DNA from: the human T2T-CHM13v2.0 reference genome, Homo sapiens
Assembly: GCF_009914755.1 (NCBI RefSeq)
Contig: NC_060926.1
Reading direction: 5' to 3' (one strand)
DNA length: 64,000 bases
Positions 27,601 to 48,129 of the stretch are shown here, piece after piece (within the stretch, counting starts at the first letter, position 1; each line of letters opens with the position of its first letter). The notes under the pieces are model-generated. The model worked only from the letters and a program-made list of their open reading frames with translations, did no database searches and was not told the DNA's origin. The translations under genes and the position numbers were made by a program.

Positions 27601-28578
27601 CCTGCACCCTGACCCTAGGGTGAATTTGGCTGCTATCTCTGGAGATCTGATTTGTCTCGGACATGGGGTTGGGGAACCTGTTTAAGTGTTATTTTTATAT
27701 CAGGAGGAGGAAAAACAGCTTGAGGAGGCCAAGAGAGTAGCCTGGATGAGACCCATTACTGAATAAATCACAAATAGGGTCCCCTAGGCCAGAGCAGTTG
27801 GGAGGCTGGGAGAGCAGCCTTCATATCCATCACAGGACACAACTGCTCTGTCCTGTTTGTGTGTGGCTAGACGGAGCAGCATCTGTGCAAATGTCTGAAG
27901 GACCTGGAAAGAACCAGCACCTTGTTAATGCAATTTAGTCTGCGCCACAGGCCCCATTACTGAGTCTTTTTCTGTGAGCAATTGGGAATTGTAGTGGACA
28001 GTTGTTGCTTTTCTATACCCAGTATCCATTTACCCCATCTTTTGGCAAACTTCTGGGTTTTCCTTTAGGAAACCACATTCCCTCAATTCACCTGCAGCAC
28101 ATGATTTTCAGAAGGGCTCAACTGTGGGTTCCACGAAGTATTCCTCTGGTTCAGTTGTAGCCAATTAGCACTCCAAATGCCTCTGGCCACAGTGAAGTGG
28201 GCATTGACAGAATTAGTCCAATAGGGGTGAATCCTGGGACTTTTGCTGGAGTTAGAAACTCTTTCCCACTGCCTTTGGAACTGTAAGGATGTAAGTGTGG
28301 AGATTCTGGATGCTACTATGCAGAGTGGAGCTGCCTGAAGGTGAAGCCAAAACAAAAGGCAAAATAGCCACTATGACTAAAAAGACCAGGTTCTCCTGAC
28401 ATTCATTGCGTCCTTGGATCAAACTGTACCTGAAGATCCACCACTTGGTTTTTGAGTTACATGAACCAATAGAATGGTTTTTTTTTTTTTGCTTAATGCA
28501 GTTTGAATTGAGTCTTCTGTCACTTGCAGCTGAAAGAATTCTAATTGATATCAGAGTTAACAAAGAAACAGAAGACTT

Positions 28579-29390
<812 letters not shown>

Positions 29391-31740
29391 TTATTAAAGG
29401 AAGGCTTCCTAAACAAGGCGAGTTTAGATATAGAAATAGTAATCATGACAACAGAAACTATTTACTGAGCCCTAACTATGTCCTGGAAAGCATGTTAGGC
29501 ATGTGGCAGAAAATCTTTCATGATAGTATCCGTATTGGGGAGGGCACTTTCTGTTATCCGGTAGCCCCTTTCTCACTTAATCTTGGAAGATACTTAGTTT
29601 ATTGCCTTAGGGAAGAAATGACACAATGCAAACAGGAGCATCTTCTGGCTTTGAGTTTCAAAAGTGAGGTCTTCTGGGAGGAAAGGGAATAATACACTTT
29701 GCTTAAATAATATTTGAGAGTTTTGGCAGGCTATGTTATTCAGAAAATATCTTCCACTAAAAACAGCTTAAAATGCTAGATAAAATATAAAGAGCATCTT
29801 CTTAAAAGCACTGAAAAGACAAGATAGCAAAGACTTACTAGGCCTAACTGAAAGGAAAATGGGCACACAGTGAAGCTCATAAGAAAAGAAGTGATTTTTG
29901 TTCAAGGGCATTTGCCAGTTCTAGCGAGAACCACATGGGGTGATAAGGGCCCAGGACCCACACAAGTTGAGAGTATGATAAGAGACCCCGTATATAGAAA
30001 GCTGGGATCTCAAAAAACCACAACCTCAGAGTGAGTGTAATCCAGAAGCAAACTTACATGGATTTATAGTCAAAGTGTTCCTCATCTGAATGTCCAGAGA
30101 GTATCAAACCTTGAACTTGGTTTAAGAACCAGTAATGATCTCAGGTGCCTGGCAGAAGCAAATATGAAAGTCTCTGAAGAAAGTTATCATCTTCCAAGGT
30201 CACAAATTATTCCAATAGTACCCAACACATTCTTGAAGATAACAGGTACACAAGGAAACTAGGAACCATGAGCAAGAACCAGCAGAAAGACAGCTAGCAG
30301 GAAAGACCCATGAAAACCTCAGAAATCGGCATTATCAGACACGTTATATGTAACAATATGTTTACTATGTTTAAATAAATAAGATAAGTTTGAAAAAGTA
30401 GGGAGCAAGTAGGAAACTATAAAAAGCAGCATGGCAGATTTGAAAAAAAGTGAATAGAACTTCTAGAAATGAAAAATACAGAAATGAAGGTAAAAACTTA
30501 ATAGATGAATTTAATGACAGACTAGATAAAGCTGAAAAGAAAACTGAACATTAGGTCAGAAGAATTTACCTGGAATGTAATACAGGGAGATTAAAAAATA
30601 TAAAAGACAATGAAAGAGAATAAGAGACATAGAAGTCAGAGGAGGAAAGTCTAAAATATATTTAAATAGAATCCCAGAAGGAGAGTAGAGAGAGGATGGG
30701 GCAGAGCACTATTTGAAGAGATTAGCTGAGGTTTTCTGGAACTGATGAAAAATAACAATGTCTATCTCTGAGAAGCCTATGAATCCATAGGGGGATAAAT
30801 GAGAAGAAACCATACCTAGAAACATTGCAGTGAAAAATGCAGAAACCAAAGAGCGAAAAAAATTTGAAAGCAGCTGGAAAAAAAGACAGGTTACTTCCAA
30901 AGAAATGGCAGTCTAATAGCTGACTTCTCAATAGAAAATGGAAACCAGAAAATGGTAGAATATTTTCAGTGTGCTGAAAGTAACAACCAACTTGTAATTT
31001 TAATACCAAGAGGAAATTTACAAATAAGATAAAAAATTTGTTTTATGATCAAAACAAAGTTTATCACCTCAGTGAAGAAAAATTCTGAAAGAAGAAAGTG
31101 ATCATCTCACATGTTGGATGTAAGAACTAAGAAAACCTAAGAAGAATTAAAGAAGAAGAAAAGTGGTAAAAATGTAGATAAATCTACATGAATACTAACT
31201 GCAAATACACACACACAGACACACACGTATTTTATTTATATATATATTTATGTATAAAATAAAAATTATGTTTTGTGGGGGGTAAATAATTAAAATATTG
31301 CCAACTATAATATATAAATTAGGGGCAGGGGAAAATGGAGTTAAAGTATTTGAAAATCCTAGTGTTATCTAGGAAGAGGAAGTGATTTTGATTAACTTTT
31401 GATTTTGATATAGTAATCATCCAGACTTCTGTGGCTTCTGTCTCCCTTTTACGCCAGCCAACAGAAACTTTCCATCTACTTCTTCAGATCGGCTACTTGA
31501 AAAAACATTCCCGCAGCTAACCTGCTGGTCCCTAGTAATACTCATCATTTCCTTATATCATAGTTCTCTCCTTCCCAGAGTCCCAGGGTGTGGGTGTGAG
31601 GCAGAGAGCTGGGTTACAGTGACAGTCAAGTGCAGCCTCACTTCTCACCTGGATTTACAGCCTCTAATATCCCAGCTCTGCTGCCCAGTAAAGCCTTCTC
31701 TACCAGATGTCTTTTATACACAGTGACTTTGCCTCAAGGG

Positions 31741-31905
31741 CCCATCCTCCTTCCTCCCGTATGTCCCCTCACTCCTCCTTTTCCTCCTCTTCCTCTTTCT
31801 CCTCCCTTCTTCTTCCTTCTTCCTCCTCCTCCTCCTCCTTCTTCTACTTTTTCTTCTTCTCCTTCTCCTCTTCCTCCTCTTTCTCCCTCTTTTTTCCCTC
31901 CTTTA
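31741..31905. repeat. (TCC/TTC)n polypyrimidine low-complexity tract
   Basis: Nearly pure C/T. Confidence 0.85.
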
Positions 31906-32745
31906 CCCCAGTTTGACCTTCAGGAAATTCCACTCCACCAGCTGCACATGTTTAAATGCCAATAATAGGCCAAGCTCAAGTTCTCTACCACAGAGCTTCT
32001 GGGTAGCTTGCAAACCAGAGTGGACATATGTCTTTAGCAGTCTTATTTTACCTAGAGCCCTCAGAGAACCTTTCTTTGAGAAGAGTGTTGCCTCATTCTA
32101 TCAGGGAGGGTTTCAACAGAGCTCCTGTTCTGCCCAGCCAAGAAACATTGCCACACTAGGCATGTGACTTTCAGCAAATCATCTACATTCATTGAGCCTT
32201 GATTTCCACATTCCTAAAATGCGAATAATAATGTCTACCCGACAGAGTTGTTTCAAGAACTAGGAAGAACGAATATGAAAAGAGTCTGGTACAGGGGATG
32301 TGGAACGTGGAAACCCTTGTACACTGCTGATGAGCATACAAATAGGCACAATCACTTTGGAAAACTGGTGTTATCTACTAAAGCTGAACAGATGCCTATC
32401 CTATGACCCAGGAATTCTCTTCCTGGATATGCATCCAACAGAAATGCATTCATCTGTGCACCAAAAGATATATACTAGAATGTTTAGAGCAACACTATTC
32501 ATGACTGGTGCAGAGAGAACATATTCCCAAACTGGAAACAGTTTAAATGTCCCAGTAGTAGAATGGACAAATACATGTTGGTATTCATCAACTCATATAG
32601 AATAGTAGGCAGTCATGAGAATGAGTGAACGACATACAAGTATATGCAATAATACAAATGAATTGCACAATGAAAGATGCCAGACACAAAATAGCATATG
32701 CTGTCTTACTGCATCAAATCCAGACAAAATTAGTTTATAATATTA

Positions 32746-33059
<314 letters not shown>

Positions 33060-33440
33060 TTAAGATGGGAGGAGGAAAGGATGGTGTCTGGATGGGTCAC
33101 TAGGAATGAAATGTATGCTGAAGACACAATTACAACTACAGTCCTCCCTTTAGTTGCCCAAATTTGGCAAAAGACATAAACCTACAGATTCAAGAAACTG
33201 AGAGAACGCCAAACAGAATAAACCCAGTGAAACTTGTGCCAAGGCACATCATAGTAAAACTTCTGAATCTAAAGACAGAAAAAAATCTTGTTTTTTTCAA
33301 CCTTTCTGTTACCTTAAGATTTCTTTTTGTCTTGTTGTTGTTAAGAAAAAAAATCTTGAAAACAATAAGACAGAAAGGACACCTTGCCTATAGGAGAAAA
33401 ACAGTTCGAATGACAACAAATTTCTCCCCAGATATCATGA

Positions 33441-33650
<210 letters not shown>

Positions 33651-34145
33651 TAGTAGAGATGGGGTTTCACCATGTTGGCCAGGCTGGTCTTGAACTCCTG
33701 ACCTTGTGATCTGCCCGCCTTGGCCTCCCAAAGTGCTGGGATTACAGGCATGAGCCACCGCGCCTGGCCTGACACAACATTTTTTAAGTGCAGAAAGAAA
33801 AGTACTGTCAACTCAGAATTCCACGTCCAGTGAAAAATTTTTTTTCAGGAATGAATGAAAAAACAAGATTTTCAGATAAAGGAAAATTGAGAGAATTTGT
33901 CACCAGCAGATCTCCCCTAAAAGAACAGATAGAGGAAGTTCCGTAAACAGAAAGGTAAAGACATGTAAAGGAAGGTAAGGTTTCTATACTTCATTTGTCG
34001 TGGTACTATGCTCAACCAGTAGACTGTGATAATTTAAGTCTATATATTGTAATACCTAAAGCAATTACTAAAAAAGCATAAAGAGATATACTCCAAAACA
34101 CTACAGATAAACCAAAATGGATTTCCAAATAAATGTTCCAGTAAC

Positions 34146-34682
34146 CCCTTTTCACAAGAAGGTGCCAAAAGTGAAGAAGAAAGCTCCTGCCCCTCCTAAA
34201 CCAAAGCCAAAGTGAAGGCTTTGAAGGCCAAGAAGGCAGTGTTGAAAGGTGTCCACAGCCACAAAAAAAAAGATCCGCACGTCACCCACCTTCCGGCGGC
34301 CCAAGACACTGAGACTCTGGAGGCAGCCCAAATATCCTCAGAAGAGTGCCCCAAGGAGAAACAAGCTTGCCTACTATGCTATCCTCAAGTTTCTGCTGAC
34401 CACGGAGTCTGCCATGAAGAAGATATAAAACAACAACATACTGTGTTCATTGTGGATGTTAAAGCCAACAAGCACCAGATCACACGGGCTGTGAAGAAGC
34501 TCTATGACATTGATATGCCCAAGGTCAACACCCTGATTAGGTCTGATGGAGAGAAGAAGGCATATATTTGACTGGCTCCTGATTACAATGCTTTGGATGT
34601 TGCCAACAAAATTGGGATCATCTAAACTGAGTCCAGCAGGTTAATTCTAAATATATGTATATCTTAACTTTTCACCATAAAA
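34146..34682 (+). pseudogene. RPL23AP31: RPL23A processed pseudogene (probably RPL23AP31)
   Basis: Intronless RPL23A ([19 protein letters not shown]...DVANKIGII, TAA at 34623-34625) with start codon mutated to AAG, frameshifts, a 5' TOP tract CCCTTTT and a short A tail. Diverged TSD: AAATGTTCCAGTAAC (34131-34145) / AAGTGTTCTAGTAAC (34683-34697). Locus number is from memory. Confidence 0.93.
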
Positions 34683-35164
34683 AAGTGTTCTAGTAACTAA
34701 CAAGGAAAAGAAAACAGAAAGATAAAACAGAGGAAACAAACAGAAAACAGAAAATAAAATGGCAGGTAAACCATTAGACATAAATGGTTTAAATGCATCA
34801 ATTAAAAGACAGAGATTGGTAGAGTGGAATAAAAAACATGACCAATTCTATATTGTCAACAAGAAATTCATTTCAAATATAAAAATATAGGCAGATTGAA
34901 AGTAAGCGAATGGAAAAAATATATCATGCAAACACACTCATCAAAAGAAAGAAGGTACCACTTGGTTGAGTTTATGGGGGAAAAAGAAAAGAGGAGTGGT
35001 TATATTAATATCATATAAAGTAAGGCCAGGTGCGGTGGCTCACGCCTGTAATCCCAGCACTTTGGGAGGCCAAGGCGGGTGGATCACCTGAGGTCAGGAG
35101 TTTGAGACCAGCCTGGCCAACATAGCGAAACGCCGACTCTACTAAAAATACAAAAAATTAGCTA

Positions 35165-35305
<141 letters not shown>

Positions 35306-35972
35306 TCAAAAAAAAAAAAAAATCATATAAAGCAGTCTTGAGAAAAAAAATTCCAGGGACAGAGAGAGATATTACTTACTAATAAAAGGGCCAATCTTAT
35401 CTACAAAGAAGACATAGCAATTCAATCTACCAAGAAGACACAGCAATTCTAAATGTGTTTACATAAAACAGCAGAGCTGCAAAGCATGTGAAGCAAAAAC
35501 TGATCAAACTGGAAAGAGAAATAGACAAATCTACAATTCTAGCTGGAGACTCCAACACCCCTTCATCAACAATTGATAGAATAAATAGAGAGAAATAGAA
35601 GAATATAGAAAAACTCTAGCACCGTCGACCAACTGGAGCTAACCAACACCAACAGAACACGGCACCCAACAACAGCGAACATACATTCTTTTCAAATGCC
35701 TACAAAATATATATCAGATACACCACATCCTGGGACATAAGACAAACCTTAACAAATTTAAAAGAATTGAAATCATACAAGTAGGTCCTCTGACTGCAAT
35801 GGAAACCACTAACAGAAAGCTAGCAAGAAAATCCCCAAACACTTGATAACTAAACAACATGCTTCTAAATAATCCATGGGTTAAGATTCAAAGGAAATAA
35901 AAACTACATTGAACTGAATTAAATGAAAACACAACATACCAAAATCTGCGGGCCATGGCTAAAGCATTACTA

Positions 35973-37757
<1,785 letters not shown>

Positions 37758-38440
37758 GGGGGGGGGGGGGGGGCCAGAAAAGACATTTGTATTTGCTTGA
37801 CTCTGCATAAAGAAACGCTGAAAGGATACGTGAACAATAAAACTGCTTACTCACAGGATCTAATGGGAGGTCCGCTGGGAGAGGGCTGGAAAGAGTAGAG
37901 TGCATGGGGGGATGATGGTGGGAGCAAGATTCCTCCATCTATATTTGGTTATATTGCCATGATTTGTTGAGCTTTATAATCTACTACCCATTTAAAACAA
38001 CAAAATATTCTTGTTAAAAACATTTTTTAAGCATAAGGAAAACGTGGTCCACAATCTTTCCACCAGATAATTCTTTTTCACCGTTCAAAAGTAATAGCAC
38101 ATTGTTAGAAAATTCCAAATCAATGTAGACAGGTGTAAAATTGAAGAATAAATCTCCACTTTCTCAGAGTCCCAAGGTAATCTGTAACAGTTTCTTATGT
38201 TTTCTTCCAGAAAAGTACCCATTTATAGGATTTATCCTGGATATGCTGTTCGTGTTTCCTCATGAACAGCATGTCTTCACTGTGTCATTATATGTGCCAA
38301 TTTACGGTATTTGCTATGATATGTGTAATTATTTATCTATTGATGGGCATTCGGGTTGCCTCTAGCTTTCTGAAAAAATTTTGTCTGTTTTGCTAGTACC
38401 AATAATGCCCTAACAGGCAGTGTTGTTTAAACATTGTGAA

Positions 38441-41400
38441 GACATTCAAGAGAAGTCCCTCTCCCTCTCCCTCTCCCTCTCCCTCTCCCTCTCCCTCTCC
38501 CCACAGTCTCCCTCTCATGCGGAGCCGAAGCTGGACTGTACTGCTGCCATCTCGGCTCACTGCAACCTCTCTGCCTGATTCTCCTGCCTCAGTCTGCCCA
38601 ATGCCTGCGATTGCAGGCACGTGCCGCCACGCCTGACTGGTTTTGGTGGAGACGGGGTTTCGCTGTGTTGGCCTGGCCGGTCTCCAGCCCCTAACCGCGA
38701 GTGATCCGCCAACCTCGGCCTCCCGAGGTGCCGGGATTGCAGACGGAGTCTCGTTCACTCAGTGCTCAATGGTGCCCAGGCTGGAGTGCAGTGGCGTGAT
38801 CTCGGCTCGCTACAACCTACACCTCCCAGCCGCCTGCCTTGGCCTCCCAAAGTGCCGAGATTGCAGCCTCTGCCCGGCCGCCACCCCGTCTGGGAAGTGA
38901 GGAGTGTCTCTGCCTGGCCGCCCATCATCTGGGATGTGAGGAGCCCCTCTGCCTGGCTGCCCAGTCTGGAAAGTGAGGAGCGTCTCCACCCGGCCGCCAT
39001 CCCATCTAGGAAGTGAGGAGCGCCTCTTCCCAGCCGCCATCACATCTAGGAAGTGAGGAGCGTCTCTGCCCGGCCGCCCATCGTCTGAGATGTGGGGAGT
39101 GCCTCTGCCCCGCCACCCCATCTGGGATGTGAGGAGCGCCTCTGCCCGGCCGAGACCCCGTCTGGGAGGTGAGGAGCGTCTCTGCCCGGCTGCCCCGTCT
39201 GAGAAGTGAGGAGACCCTCTGCCTGGCAACCGCCCCGTCTGAGAAGTGAGGAGCCCCTCCGCCCGGCAGCTGCCCCGTCTGAGAAGTGAGGAGCCTCTCC
39301 GCCCGGCAGCCACCCCATCTGGGAAGTGAGGAGCGTCTCCGCCCGGCAGCCACCCCGTCCGGGAGGGAGGTGGGGGGGGGTCAGCCCCCCGCCCGACCAG
39401 CCGCCCCATCTGGGAGGGAGGTGGGGGGTTCAGCCCCCCGCCTGGCCAGCCGTGCCGTCCGGGAGGGAGGTGGGGGGGTCAGCCCCCTGCCCGGCCAGCC
39501 GCCCCGTCCGGGAGGTGAGGGGCGCCTCTGCCCGGCCGCCCCTACTGGGAAGTGAGGAGCCCCTCAGCCCGGCCAGCCACCCCGTCCGGGAGGGAGATGG
39601 GGGGGTCAGCCCCCCCACCCGGCCAGCCGCCCCATCCGGGAGGGAGGTGGGGGGGTCAGCCCCCCGCATTGCCAGCCGCCCCGTCCGGGAGGGAGGTGGG
39701 GGGGTCAGCCCTCCGCCCGGCCAGCCGCCCCGTCTGGGAGGTGAGGGGCGCCTCTGCCCGGCTGCCCCTACTGGGAAGTGAGGAGCCCCTCTGCCCGGCC
39801 AGCCGCCCCGTCCGGGAGGGAGGTGGGGGGGTCAGCCCCCCGCCCGGCCAGCCGCCCTGTCCGGGAGGGAGGTGGGGGGGTCAGCCCTCCGCCCGGCCAG
39901 CCGCCCCGTCTGGGAGGTGAGGGGCGCCTCTGCCCGGCCGCCCCTACTGGGAAGTGAGGAGCCCCTCTGCCCGGCCAGCCGCCCCATCCGGGAGGGAGGT
40001 AGGGGGGTCGGCCCCCCGCCCGGCCAGCCGCCCCGTCCGGGAGGGAGGTGGGGGTGTCAGCCCCCCGCCCGGCCAGCCGCCCCGTCCGGGAGGGAGGTGG
40101 GGGGGTCAGCCCCCCGCCCGGCCAGCCGCCCCATCCGGGAGGGAGGTGGGGGGGGGTCAGCCCCCCTGCCCGGCCAGCCGCCCCGTCCGGGAGGTGAGGG
40201 GCGCCTCTGCCCGGCCGCCCCTACTGGGAAGTGAGGAGCCCCTCTGCCCGGCCAGCCGCCCCGTCCGGGAGGGAGGTGGGGGGGTCAGCCCCCCGCCCGG
40301 CCAGCCGCCCCGTCCGGGAGGGAGGTGGGGGTGTCGGCCCCCCGCCCGGCCAGCCGCCCCATCCGGGAGGGAGGTGGGGGGGTCGGCCCCCCGCCCGGCC
40401 AGCCGCCCCATCCGGGAGGGAGGTGGGGGTGTCGGCCCCCCGCCCGGCCAGCCGCCCCGTCCGGGAGGGAGGTGGGGGGGTCGGCCCCCCGCCCGGCCAG
40501 CCGCCCCGTCCGGGAGGGAGGTGAGGGGGGCCTCTGCCCGGCCGCCCCTACTGGGAAGTGAGGAGCCCCTCAGCCCGGCCAGCCACCCCGTCCGGGAGGG
40601 AGATGGGGGGGTCAGCCCCCCCACCCGGCCAGCCGCCCCATCCGGGAGGGAGGTGGGGGGGTCAGCCCCCCGCATGGCCAGCCGCCCCGTCCGGGAGGGA
40701 GGTGGGGGGGTCAGCCCTCCGCCCGGCCAGCCGCCCCGTCTGGGAGGTGAGGGGCGCCTCTGCCCGGCCGCCCCTACTGGGAAGTGAGGAGCCCCTCTGC
40801 CCGGCCAGCCGCCCCATCCGGGAGGGAGGTAGGGGGGTCGGCCCCCCGCCCGGCCAGCCGCCCCGTCCGGGAGGGAGGTGGGGGTGTCAGCCCCCCGCCC
40901 GGCCAGCCGCCCCGTCCGGGAGGGAAGTGGGGGGGTCAGCCCCCCGCCCGGCCAGCCGCCCCGTCCGGGAGGGAGGTGGGGGGGGTCAGCCCCCCTCCCC
41001 GGCCAGCCGCCCCGTCCGGGAGGTGAGGGGCGCCTCTGCCCGGCCGCCCCTACTGGGAAGTGAGGAGCCCCTCTGCCCGGCCAGCCGCCCCGTCCGGGAG
41101 GGAGGTGGGGGGGTCAGCCCCCCGCCCGGCCAGCCGCCCCGTCCGGGAGGGAGGTGGGGGTGTCGGCCCCCCGCCCGGCCAGCCGCCCCGTCCGGGAGGG
41201 AGGTGGGGGGGTCGGCCCCCCGCCCGGCCAGCCGCCCCATCCGGGAGGGAGGTGGGGGTGTCGGCCCCCCGCCCGGCCAGCCGCCCCGTCCGGGAGGGAG
41301 GTGGGGGTGTCGGCCCCCCGCCCGGCCAGCCGCCCTGTCCGGGAGGGAGATGGGGGGGGTCAGCCCGCCCGCCCGGCCAGCCGCCCCGTCCGGGAGGTGA

Positions 41401-41766
41401 GGGGCGCCTCTGCCCGGCCGCCCCTACTGGGAGGTGAGGAGCCCCTCTGCCCGGCCACCACCCCGTCTGGGAGGTGTGCCCAACGGCTCATTGAGAGCGG
41501 GCCAGGATGACAATGGCGGCTTTGTGGAATGGAGGGGCGGGAAAGGTGGGGAAGGGATTGAGAAATCGGATGGTTGCCGTGTCTGTGTAGAAGGAAGTGG
41601 ACATGGGAGACTTTTCATTTTGTTCTGCACTAAGAAAAATTCCTCTGCCTTGGGATCCTGTTGATCTGTGACCTTACCCCCAACCCTGTGCTCCCTGAAA
41701 CATGTGCTGTGTCCACTCAGGGTTAAATGGATTAAGGGCGGTGCAAAAAAACAAACAAACAAAAAA
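38441..41766 (+). mobile_element. SVA retrotransposon (SVA_F-like), full 5' end, expanded VNTR, 3'-truncated SINE-R
   Basis: (CCCTCT)7 at 38457-38498; Alu-like domain to ~38865; GC-rich VNTR ~38866-41476; HERV-K-derived SINE-R ~41477-41744; A tail; TSD AAACATTGTGAA at 38429-38440 and 41767-41778 at a TTT/AAA L1 endonuclease site. Confidence 0.97.
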
Positions 41767-42275
41767 AAACATTGTGAAATTACAAATTCATTTTGAACTT
41801 AGAAGTAAAAATGATGCATTTGGGTCTTCTGTAAAATTGGATAGTTTTGCATGATGCCAGATGTCTTTTCCCCAAGAGGCATTTAAAAACACTTTTGTAA
41901 GCAGAAAGAGAAAGAGTGAAAGGCAAAGTCTCATCTTAAGCTCTCCCCCCACTCCCCTATCCCCAGAAGCCCCCTCTCCCGCACCCTAGAGTCCCCAAGG
42001 GAAGATGGTGCTGGAATGGAATGTTACTTTTTAAATACCAAGGGTTTAGGCTGTAATTGCTACTAGCCCAGAGAGGTAAAATGCTTTGCCCTAAACGAGG
42101 CCTGGGACCCGGCTCCTTGCCCTGTCCCCAAGCCGAACTCTTCTGAGCAGCGCTGTCCCTGCAGTCAGGCCCTGGGGGACCTCAGTCTGATGCTCACTTT
42201 TCCTGTCTCATCTCAGCTCTTTTCCGCCCTCCGCTGGAAGGGCTGAAGAGTGACTCAAATCTGCTCCTTAGGCTC

Positions 42276-42292
42276 TGGCGCCCTCTGCTGGC
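42276..42292 (-). promoter_or_regulatory. CTCF motif
   Basis: Reverse complement GCCAGCAGAGGGCGCCA matches the CTCF core; AP-1 site TGACTCA at 42251-42257. Confidence 0.7.
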
Positions 42293-42404
42293 TTCGATGA
42301 TTCACGACAATCCTTAAAAGACGGTGGGAACTACACTCAACCATTCCCGCTCTTCACTGCCATATGGGGAAACTGAGACAGCAAGTGGGGAAGTGATTTG
42401 GTCA

Positions 42405-47399
<4,995 letters not shown>

Positions 47400-48129
47400 T
47401 GATATCCCAGGAGGTGCCAGGAGATGGCGCTGTGACCCTGTACTTAGGCTCCCTCAGAAGGCGCTGTGGATTTAGTGGTGGGGTGTGTGTGTGTGTGTGC
47501 ATCAGGGGAGGGGATATCGAGAAATCCAATGGGCTTCCCTGCAGCCCCAGTTTCCCACCTGAGTTCAGAAGACCCGGTTTGGGGGATGCGGAGTCTTCAT
47601 TTCCCTGCCCTGCCCTGTGGCGAATCTTTCACTCTACCCAAGTTCAACAGAACCTAAGTCGATGAAGTGTTCACTGAAGAGGCCAGACATAGTTCGTGCC
47701 CTCCAAAACACTCATTCATAAGCAAGTGGAGTGAAAATGCTGCATTTCCTACAAAACAGGTTCAAAGTGCTATGAGTTACTGGCAATTGGAGAGGTTGCC
47801 TCCAGCTACAGCGCTGGGGTCTTGCTGGGAGTGGGGATTAGGCTGGGCTGGCTGGGGAGTTGGAGTGTGAACAGGGCGTGGAGGGGAGGGAGTGGAGGCC
47901 AGGGTTTGGGGTCTGACCAAGAGCCGCTATGAGCCTGGATCCTTCCCGGAGACAAAATGGAAGTTGAGACTGGGAAAACAAGCAAAAGACATACTATGAC
48001 GGAACCATGATGCCAAGCCGAGAAGTATAAACTTTGTTTTACAAACACCAGTGTGCCTGTGGAAGTTTTACAGCAAGAAAATGGTAGGATCGTGTCTCTG
48101 CTTCGGCACAATGAGCCTGAGGTTTAGCT

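Noticed and set aside
38866-41476. Repeat array superficially like CRISPR
   Set aside because: Units are contiguous degenerate VNTR repeats without unique spacers, in a eukaryotic SVA context.
38755-41762. Many long Pro/Gly/Arg-rich ORFs (up to 280 aa)
   Set aside because: Translations of the GC-rich SVA VNTR, which lacks stop codons; not genes.
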